The position numbers were made by a program, and so were the translations under genes. From positions 42,222,001 to 42,286,000 of the forward strand of contig OZ024749.1 of assembly GCA_964016885.1 (NCBI GenBank): a stretch of 64,000 nt of DNA, in the 5' to 3' direction. The DNA is from Eledone cirrhosa (lineage: Eukaryota). Below are positions 25,201 to 36,700 of this stretch, piece by piece; the stretch's first letter is position 1; every line of letters begins with the position of its first letter. The notes beneath the pieces were generated by a model. That model did not search any database, was not told the DNA's origin, and saw only the letters and a list, made by a program, of their open reading frames with translations.

Positions 25201-26732
25201 GTAAATTAACATTTGCTTCTTATAAAAAATTATGTTGGCAGATTTTAATTTAAATGAGTGGTTTTGTTTCAAAGAATCAGAGCCAGTTTTGACCGAGTTG
25301 GCATCAAAAGGGTTAAGACTTGGAATCTAGTGTATGTTTGTGTGGTTATACTATCCTGGATGTGTGAGAACTTCTCTACAAATTAAATTTGATAATTAAT
25401 TTTTATTTCATTTCTCCCTTCAGTCAATTGGACAACCGTTTGGTCTGAGTCTGTCCAGTATATACACCTCCACACCCATCATTAATGATGCCTCCCATGT
25501 TTCACCTATGATTGGTGACGCGTCATCATCACAGTCAACATTTCCTAAGTCAACATCAGCCAGCAGTGGCTTCAGCAGTCTCCCATCGCCAGATACACAG
25601 CTTCCTTCAAGGTAAAACACATCTCTGATTTCTACTACAGACAACATCTCTGTCTGGCGGCCATTTTTCTCTGAAATGTGGTTTGTGTTAAGTGTGTTAG
25701 GAAGAGCATCCAACAGTAGAAGCCATGTCAAAGATGGAACATATAAATAAACAAGATGTGGATCCCTGATCTGTGTACTCTCAGACTGCATCAACTCACC
25801 CAGCCCATGTCTTCTTCTTTTTTTTCTTCTTCGCCCACTTATTCCTGAGAGGGTCGTTGGGTCAGAGTCGTCAAACACTCCTTCCGGTTGGTCCTGTCAG
25901 AAGCAATCGTCTCCAGCTGATCTGGCTGGATCTCCAAGTGTGACCAACCAAGCTCATAGATGTTATCCAACCATCTTGCTCAGGGTCTATACCTGGGTAT
26001 CTTGCTGTTTAGTTTTGTCCAGTGATTCTTTCCTGAGACATTCAGCTTGAAAAATATATGTAAAATGATGATGATAAAATGCACCCAGTACACTCTGTAA
26101 AGTGTTTGGTGTTGGGAAAAGGTATCCAGTGGTAGGAACGATGTAAAAAATGAAACATGTGTCAGACATCGCTAGGAGCTGTAATTCCAAATAAGAACTG
26201 ACTCAGCCACTGACAACTCATGCCAGCATGGAATGGAAAGTAGGCATAAAATCATGATAATCATCATATTTTCTGTTTTTTTTCCATTTGGCTATATCTG
26301 ATCAATGTAGCTATCTCCTCTCCCACATCTCTTTCTCTCTCAATATTACCTGTTCCTTCGTATAGTATGCTGGTAAATACAGAGTATTGTATTATTTCAC
26401 TTGTAGTATCTTGGTAAATGGCCACGACTTAACTGTAGTTAAAAGCAAGAGTTTCCCCTCATCTTTACAGAATCAACAGAAACCAAGTAAGTACTGTTAT
26501 TTCTTCTCTGAGAATCTTCTAAGGTATTTTGTCAGTTCTAGCTTATAGTAGAAAACAGTAGGCTGACCAAGATACTCTCATGGGATGACCAAATGAGGTT
26601 TATTTTTCAACATAGTCCCTGGAAAGAAACAATGCAGTTATTAATAAGAAGAGTTGAAATTAATGCTTACAGGATTTCACAGCTTAGCATCACTCCTTCA
26701 TAGTCACCTATGAACTTTTCTACCCACCATCG

Positions 26733-26767
<35 letters not shown>

Positions 26768-27458
26768 TTATCTACGAGGGTCAATTGAAAAGTTCATAGG
26801 CTGGCCCAGATGCCCTCATGGAATGACTAAATGAGGTTTATTTTTCAATAGTCCCTGGAAAGAAACAATACAGTTATTAATAAGAAGACTTGAAATTAAT
26901 GCATGCAACATTTCACAGCTCTAGCGTCACTCCTTCATAGTTTAGACAGCTTATGAACTCTTCAGTCTACCCTTGTACATACATGAAAAGATACATCTGT
27001 TGTTGTTTATCGAGCTGAAACCAATGTTATGTGTATTTGTTACAGTGCCTGACTCACACCGCTATAATACCTGTCCAAGATCTAAGAGTACAGCCAACAT
27101 GACTCACTCCACAGATCCACGGATTACTGTCAACAAAAGTAGTGAAGACAGTAAGTGATGTGCTTATGTTTTTGTATACTTTACACACTGTCTGTATTAG
27201 GCAATCATGTTTTGTTGTATTGTGTCTGTCTAACACTACCCCCAGTGGGTCCTGTTTGCTTCTGATAGGACCTGCTGGAGGGAGTGTTTGAGGACTCTGC
27301 CCCAATAAGTGGGCGAAGGAGAAGAAATATGTATATATATATATTCACACACATATATACATACATCGTTTTCCACACTAACATGGGTTAGATGGGTTGT
27401 CGTATTTGAGGCAAGTCGAGGCCAGATGACCATGTTTTGCTTGTACAGAACCGATTTA

Positions 27459-27543
<85 letters not shown>

Positions 27544-30500
27544 AGTGGTAAAAATTGTCCTGTCTCTTGTATTGCAGTGAAATATGAAATATCTGAATCT
27601 GAACTGTTGAAAGATCTGATCTATGTGTTCCAAGGTATTGAAGGGAAGTGGATTAAGTTTCACCCAGTTTCTGATGCTTACAGGATTGATCCTCAGGTAG
27701 TTATGTCACTTTATTATGGCTTCTTCAGTCTTAACATCCTCTGCCATTGTACTGCAGTTAGTAAGACATTCTGTAAATTTTCACAAAAAGTTAAGTTATA
27801 AATATTTGAATTGACTGCAGTACATTAAATATTAAAGCCTTTACTTCAATATTGTGAATTTTCAAAACAATCTGTTCTCTAGTTATCATCATCATCGTTT
27901 AACGTCCATCTTCCATGCTAGCATGGGTTAGACGGTTAAGTTATAAATATTTGAATTAACAAACCACATTAGCAAGACATTCTTGAAAAAGTACAAAACA
28001 GCACTTTGACTGCTGTACTTTAATATTATGAATTTTCACAACAATTTGTTCCCTACCAGAGTTGCTGTGTGTAATTATGTGTCATTTCTTCTTCTTGGCA
28101 GGTCGCAATAGCGAGAGGTGTGTGTCAGCGGGTGAGTAAGTTGGCAGAATGCGGCTGGCTTCACAATAAGATCAAGGAGTATGTACAGTGTCACAGCCAA
28201 CTAAAGGCTGTTGGTCTTATTGAACAGGTAAGCTAATCTTGTAGATCAGGTGACACAGTTTTGTTGAGTAGTTAAGATACTTTTGTTAACTGTTTCATTA
28301 CGATAATTCTAATAAAAACCCTGCCTATGATTTTAAAATAATTTGGAATATAATCAAGAACTTTGAAATATTTAGTAATATAACTAACTTTCTCATTATT
28401 AAGCTAGAGTTTAAGGTTTTTAAATAAAAGTATGATGGGAGGTTTTTAGATAAATATAAGCACTTTATCGACTACTTATGGTTTCTATGGCTGAATGCCT
28501 TTCCTAATGCCAGTCACTTTACAGAGTGTATTGGGTGCATTTTATCACAGCAGCAACACAGTGAAGTTGTTATGTCCTCGACAGGACTTAAGATTATATT
28601 TCACTAAATTAAAATATTAACCCCTCCTCCTCTCCTCACATTTTCTGTTTCTTACTAAAACTGTTGAAATGTTTGTGGTTTACTGTAGAGTTTCTGTGCT
28701 GCCCTCCACCAGGAACTGATTGAATACTACAGACTTATTGCTGTGTTGGAGAGCCAGGTAACTAGTCTTTTATGTTCAACCAACTTGACAGAGGTAACAG
28801 GTGACACTGTCTGTAGAGTGACAGAGGTGATTAGGTGACACTTCTACAGTGTGACAGGTGACCAGATGACAGTCTACAGAGGTGACAGATGACGTCTACA
28901 GAGGTGACTTGGTGACTTAGTTGGCACTACTACAGTTTGACAGGTGACAGATGACATTGTCTATAGAGGTGACATTGTCTACATAGAAAACTTCTTATTT
29001 CAGCTGCACCAAGAAGAGCATGGTATTGTGGGAGAATATGGTTACCTTTCTTTAAACCGTCTGGTAGTGTGGACAGCTGACCCTTTGATTCGTTTCAAGG
29101 CCCTCGCTGCTCTCGTTGATGTTTGTAAAAGTAAGTAACTATAACTTATCTTCTTATTTTAAACTAAACCTTTCCTAATTGGTCATCCTCAAGGACCATG
29201 TAGCCCCATCTCACCCCACCACTCATCCTTTCTTCCTCTCCATTCATGGATTTTAAGATTAACTGCCATTTGCCATCTCACCAGTTCAAACTGACCCTTT
29301 TGTTACCATATTTCTAATAAAGAACAGTCGTCTATGGTTTTCAAATAATTGTGAGAATAATCAAGAATTTGGACAGATTTACTAATATAACTAACTTAGT
29401 TATTATTAAGTTAGTGTTTGGAACAAAACTTCTTACATAGCTTTATGATGAAAGATTTTTAGTTAAATATAAACACTTTAACACTTTTGTTAACATATTT
29501 CTAATGAAATATACTGTCTTCAATTTTCAAATAATTTTGAAAATAATGAATAATTTAGAAGGATTTAGTAATATAACTAACTTTCTCATTATTAAGTTGG
29601 TGTTTGGAACATAACAAAGCTTCTTATTGGCAGTATCGGTAGAGGGTCGGACGCCATGCTAGGGCGGTGGATTGGCAGTATTGGTAGAGAGTCGGACGCC
29701 ATGCTTTCCAGCATAGTTACGTCCCTTTACGATCTGAGTTCAAATCCGGCCGAGGTTAACTTTGCGTTTCATCCTTACGGGGTAGATAAAATAAAGTACC
29801 AGTAATGTACTGGATAATTGCTGGCCTTGTGCCTAAAATAGAAACAATTATGATATAAGATTTTTAGATAAATATAAACACTTTAAAACAGTTTTGTATC
29901 ATAGAACCAGGGGAGGTTTGGTATCAAAGGGGTTAAAGCAGTGCCAGTATTTTGACATATATTTTCTTTCCAATGTGGAGTGTTGCCACTATTTGTGGTC
30001 AATGTTGTTTGATATTGATGTTTGATGTTGTTTAAAACTGAGTTTGATGCTGTGTTTGATGTTTGAAGCTATGTTTGATGTTCTTTGATGTTCTTTTTGA
30101 TGGGGTCAATAAAATAAAGTACCAGTAATGCAGTGGGGTTTATTTAATCTACTTTCCCCTCACCCCCAAATTATAATTATTGGCCTGGTGCCTGAATCAG
30201 AAACCATTGTTCTTTTTCCTGATGTTTTCTTCTCTTCCTATCATTTCCAGATAAAAGAGGCGGTGCTTTAGCTTCCACCATATATTCCCGTATGCAACAC
30301 GGCAATCCTTACGTCAAACAACTACATCAGCATATCCTCAATATGGTAACACCTTTACTTTTAACTTTACTTCTTGTCTTGTTTTTATTTTATTTTTGTA
30401 TGTTATTGTGTAACTACCTTCGTATGTTGTTGTTGTTGTTGGACCTTTGCCGTTTCCGATGACAACTGCTCCAGTTGGTTCAATCAATGGACTTGCCTGC

Positions 30501-32254
30501 TCGTGAAATCATCATGTAAGTGGCTGAGCATTCCACAGATACGTACACCAATAATGTAGTTCTCGGGAGAAATTTAGAAGTACGTCTACAGAAATAAATG
30601 TAAAAGTTTGTCTCACTATATCACATATATCTGTATATAAGTGCACATCATCATCATTTGTGTATACAATATTTTGGCTTCATTATTTACTATTTCAAGC
30701 CTAGAACGGGCGGTGGATTGGCAGTATCGGTGGAGGGTCGGACGCCATGCTTTCCAGCATAGTTACGTCCCTTTACGATCTGAGTTCAAATCCCGCCGAG
30801 GTTGACTTTGCCTTTCATCCATACGGGGTCGATAAAATAAAGTACCAGTAATGCACTGGGATAATTGATGGCCTTGTGCCTAAAATAGAAACAATTATTT
30901 ACTATTTCAAGCCTAGAACAAGGTTCAACCGATAAATCGCTTTTTTTGCACTAGCTTTTTATTTTATTGTAAAATATTGTGACATGTATGGGTATATACG
31001 GTAATTAAAGGTAGCCTGCTTGCTTTACCAAGTTACCTGCTGCTTCATTTAATTGTCTCCCTTATCTATATTTGGTTGAGTTATTCACTGTTCAACATTG
31101 TTTACTTCACACCTAAGTTTATTTACAGTAGTTGTACTCTTGTTACCTACCAACTACATTTACTATGTTTTAACATTTATTTCACTCTTTTATTCTATCT
31201 TCTCTCTAGGTCGTCCATCCTATTTATGTGACTCTACTGCGGTGGATTTATGATGGAGATTTAGAAAATGACCCTTTGGGGGAAGTAAGAGTTCACTTTT
31301 AATGTTGTGGTTGTTGTTGTTGATACTGATGCTGTTGTGGTTGTTGTTGATACTGATGTGGTTGTTGTTGATACTGATGTTGCTGTGGTTGGTGTTGATA
31401 CTGATGTTGTGGTTGTTGTTGATACTGATGTTGTTGTGGTTGTTGTTGATGTTGCTGTTGTGGTTGTTGTTGATACTGATGCTGTTGTGGTTGGTGTTGA
31501 TACTGATGTTGCTGTGGTTGTTGTTGATACTGATTTTGTGGTTGTTGTTGATACTGATGTTGCTGTGGTTGTTGTTGTTGTTGCTGTTGTGGTTGTTGTT
31601 GATGATGTTGTGGTTGGTGTTGATACTGATGTTGTTGTGGTTGTTGTTGTTGTTGCTGTTGTGGTTGGTGTTGATGTTGTTACTGATGTTGTGGTTGTAT
31701 ATTTGATTAATTATTATTATTAATCATGACTATTATCAATAAAATTAGCAGCAACAGCCTGTGGGGTGTAGGCTATGTTACTATAGGGGTAGCATATATA
31801 CTCGGGTATAAGCCGACACTCCTTTTTTATGTCTAAGAAATGGAAAAAATACAAACCCTGTGTATAAGTCCAAGTATTTTGGATCATATATTTCACAATT
31901 TATACACAAGTATGTACAGTATATGTACAGTATGAGTCTGTGTGTATTCTTTAAATAAATAAGTTTTAGTTGACTTAGCAAGGTCTTTATTTCAGTTTGA
32001 GATTTTTTTTAAAATATGTTTTTTACAGTTTTTTGTGGCCTGTAACCCTAAACTTGGTATTGATGTATGGCGGAGTAAATACATGTTACGTACGGCCATG
32101 ATTCCATCTTTTATCAGTACAGAACAGGCAGAGAAGGTCAGTTGGATATTTTATTTAGTTTCTTTCTTTCTATTCACCCCCCCCTCTCTCGCTATTGTCT
32201 TTCTTTCATTTTCACTTCATTTCTTGTATCTCCTCTGTGTATATGAACACATGG

Positions 32255-32292
<38 letters not shown>

Positions 32293-32691
32293 CATATATC
32301 ATCTTTGTTCCCTGTTTAGAACTCCTGTCATGTCCATTGAAATGTTTCTTCACATAGCTGTCTAAATCTGTCACTATTTTTATTCAGATCTTAAATGCTG
32401 GGAAGTCCATCAAATTCCTCCACTGTGTCTGCAATGAACAGACTCCAACAAAAGGTCAACAGGCTGTACAAGAGATCAACGTTAAACAAGGTGAAAAAAT
32501 ATTCCTTAAAAGGGGGAGGAGATCTCCTTATTGTTTTTTTTTGTGTTTATTTCTGCTTTTATCTGATGTTATTTATGATAATGAAAATTATTGTGTATAG
32601 AGTTCAGGTGCACTACAACTCATCAAAGGTGCATGTATAGTACCTAGAGTAATGTACAAATGTCAGGAAAGTGAATAGTGTATGAGTCATG

Positions 32692-32726
<35 letters not shown>

Positions 32727-33646
32727 CTTTTGTGTGTATGGAGGGGGAATATCAGGTGTAATGTTGGCGAATTCCTGGAAGCCTGAATGTTTTGAAGGAT
32801 GCAGTGTCTCAACAGTAATGTAGCATATCCCCAGTTTTCATATATAATGTACCACTCCCTCCTTTGTTTTCTCTATATATAATGATGATATTTTCTGTTT
32901 TTGAATCAAACCCCAATAGCTGAATCAATGTTCACCCAGAACAGCAACTCCAGTTTCCAACAGATGATCGACCAAGTTTATGTTGAAACCAGTCGAAGAC
33001 TTCTTGATTGCATGCATAAGAATTACAAGTTTATGGATCATCTGAAGGTAATGTAAAGCTTTCATGTAGAATATTCACAGCAGTTTTTTCAATCATCATC
33101 ACCAGCACCACCACCATCACAATACTCTACATATATATATACACCATCACAATACTCTACATATATATACACCATCACAATACTCTACATATATATATAT
33201 ATACACCATCACACTACTCTACATATATATATATATATACACCATCACAATACTCTACATATATATATATACACTGTCACAATACTCTACATATATATAC
33301 ACTGTCACAATACTCTACATATATATACACTGTCACAATACTTTACATAGATGTACACTTTCACAATATTCTACATATATATACACTGTCACAATACTCT
33401 ACATAGATGTACACTGTCACAATACTCTACATATGTAGAATATATGTAGAATTTTATGAAAATATTAAAAAACTACGAACTGCTGTTGAGACAAAGTTGG
33501 TTTTGTTAAATACATTTGTATATTTTTAGGCACTTCGGCGATATTTACTGTTTGGTCAAGGAGATTTTATCACACATCTTATGACTTTGCTGGAGTAAGT
33601 TTATTTCTCTCTCTCTCTTTATATATATATATATAAATATAAATAT

Positions 33647-33677
<31 letters not shown>

Positions 33678-33730
33678 AATATATATATTACTCTTTTACC
33701 TGTTCTAGTCATCTGGCTGAGGCCATACTG

Positions 33731-33791
<61 letters not shown>

Positions 33792-36700
33792 TTGTGTAAT
33801 TTAATTTAATATCATTAAGGATGATAAATTGCTTCTATTTTTGGCACAAGTCTAGCAATTTGAAAGGGAGGAGAAAGTCAATTAAATCAACCCCAGTGTG
33901 CTACTGGTACTTTATGTTATCCACCCTATAAGAATGAAAGGCAAAGTTGACCTTGGTGCGATTAAGCAGTGTTTTCCATTAGAAATATGGTATGGTAAAT
34001 GTTAATGGAATTTTTATCTGTATTTCCTTAGGACAGAGTTGGCTAAACCTGCCAACACCCTCTACCCCCACAACTTGACTGGGATTCTAGAAGCTGCTAT
34101 CCGAGCTACAAATGCTCAGTTTGATGACACTGATATTCTGGACCGTTTGGATGTGAAGATGATGGAGGTTTGTGTTCTTTCACTGTTTCAAACATGTCTC
34201 TTCTCTTATTTTATTGTATAGATTCTTCTGGAAATATGGCTATCATGTATTGATAGATATATAGATTGTAGATTGTTCTAGAAATATATATATCATATAT
34301 TTATATATATATATAGCTTGTTCTGGAAATGTGGCTATCAGGTATTGATAGATAGCCACATTTCCAGAACAATCTATACATCATGTATTGATAGATGTAT
34401 AGATTGTTCTGGAAATGTGGCTGTTATGTATTGATAGATGCATAGATTGTTCTGGAACTGTGGTTATTATGAATTGATTGATGTTATACAGATATTGTAT
34501 ATCCACAAATATTGCTATTCTATATTATTCCATTACAGGTGTCTTCCGAAGATACTGGCTGGGACGTTTTCAGTTTGTATTATCATGTTGATGGACCAAT
34601 TAAAACTGTAAGTTAATTAATTATTTATATATACACACATCTAATTTAGAATATATGTTATCCATGTTTCCTTTGATTTCTTCATTACTATTTGGCTGTT
34701 CTATATCACATGACCTAGTATCTCCACTCTCATTGGTTGTCTTATATCTAACTAGTCTATTTACATTATCACCAGGTATTTTATGATGAGTGTGTCATTA
34801 TGTACCTGAAAGCATTCAACTTCCTTTGGAGAGCTAAACGCATGGAACACATTCTTGCGACAGTTTGGAAAGGTCTGATCTTCAATGCAAAAAGTTATCG
34901 CCAGTTACCAGGTGAGTTCAACGTTTCTATTTACCTAGAATGAAACCCAACTTATTGCATGCTTTAACCTTTTTGATACCAAACTGTCTGAAATCATCTC
35001 TGGTTCTATGATATAAAATTGTTTGTTATATTTCAGGTGTTTATATTTATCTAGAAACACTCCATCATAATTTAATGTAAGAACCTTTGTTAAGTTATGT
35101 TCTAAACACCATCTTAATAATGAGAAAGTTTGTTATTTTACTAAATCCGTCAAAATATTTTATTATTTTCAAGATCATAGGCAGAGTCTTTCATTAGAAA
35201 TGTAGTAATGAAAGGATTAAAGATATAGGCAGTGTCTTTCATTATAAATATGGTAACGAAAGGATTAAAAACATAGGCTGTGTGTTTCATTAGAAATATG
35301 GTTATAGTCTGTACTATAGTGTAGTGTTGTGGTGTACTGTACTGTACTGGAGTGGTGTAGTGTTGTGGTGTACTGTACTGTAGTGGTGTGGAGGTGGTGT
35401 AGTGTTAATTATTTCGTAATGTGTCAACAAAATGTTTCTGTTTTGATTTTCCAGAATTGAAGAATGCATTACATCGCTGTCATGTCCAGTGTTCTAAAAT
35501 GGTGCAGTTTATAAGCCAGCTACAATACTATATCAATTTTGAGGTAAAGACCACTACTGTTTATTCTTATATAAACCAGCTTCAGTACTATATTTTGAGG
35601 TAAAGACCACCATTTTACAGAGTGTACTGCGTGTATTTATTATGTAAATTACAGACACTAGGGAGGATTGCAGAAGAGTTCTTGTGACACTTTGGCAGCT
35701 TTTCTACAAAAAATATTTATCTGTTTATCTCTCTATATCTACCTGTCTGTATATCTCTTCTATCAGTGTGTATATCTACCTGTCTGTCTGTATATCTCTT
35801 CTGTCAGTGTGTATATCTACCTGTCTGTCTGTATATCTCTTCTATCAGTGTGTATAGCTACCTGTCTGTCTGTATATCTCTTCTGTCAGTGTGTATATCT
35901 ACCTGTCAGTGTGTATATCTACCTGTCTGTCTGTATATCTCTTCTGTCAGTGTGTATATCTACCTGTCTGTCAGTGTGTATATCTACCTGTCTGTCTGTA
36001 TATCTACCTGTCTGTCAGTGTGTATATATCTACCCGTCTGTCTGTATATCTCTTCTAGCAGTGTGTATATCTACCTGTCTGTCTGTATATCTCTTCTATC
36101 AGTGTGTATATCTACCTGTCTGTCTGTATATCTCTTCTGTCAGTGTGTATATCTACCTGTCTGTCAGTGTGTATATCTACCTGTCTGTCTGTATATCTAC
36201 CTGTCTGTCAGTGTGTATATATCTACCCGTCTGTCTGTATATCTCTTCTAGCAGTGTATATATCTACCCGTCTGTCTGTATATCTCTTCTATCAGTGTGT
36301 ATATCTACCTGTCTGTCTGTATATCTATTCTGTTTGCTTGTCTATCTGTCTGTCAGTCAGTATATATATCTATCTGTTCGTCTATATATCTATCTGTCTG
36401 TCTGTATTGCTGTCTATATCTATGTTTATATATCTGTCTGTTCTTGCAGGTTCTGGAATGTTCTTGGGATAAATTGGTAAACGAAGTAAAGAAATCTAAA
36501 GACCTGAATGATATTATAAAGGCTCATGATTTGTTCTTGGAGGAAATAACAACTGGATGTTTACTGGATAAAGACTCTCTTGTAAGTGTGGTTACCGTTG
36601 TTATTGTTGTCAATATTACCCCCCCCCCCCCTATTATGTGCCCTACTGACTAGTCATAAAACCAGCTATGACCACCTCTCTAAACTTTTATTCAGACATA

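Noticed and set aside
25420-25878. 152-aa minus-strand ORF
   Set aside because: Antisense shadow of TUBGCP3 exon 6 joined to an RTE fragment
35668-36480. 270-aa ORF and overlapping ORFs
   Set aside because: They read through the intron 22 minisatellite; only 36450 onward is exon, in another frame
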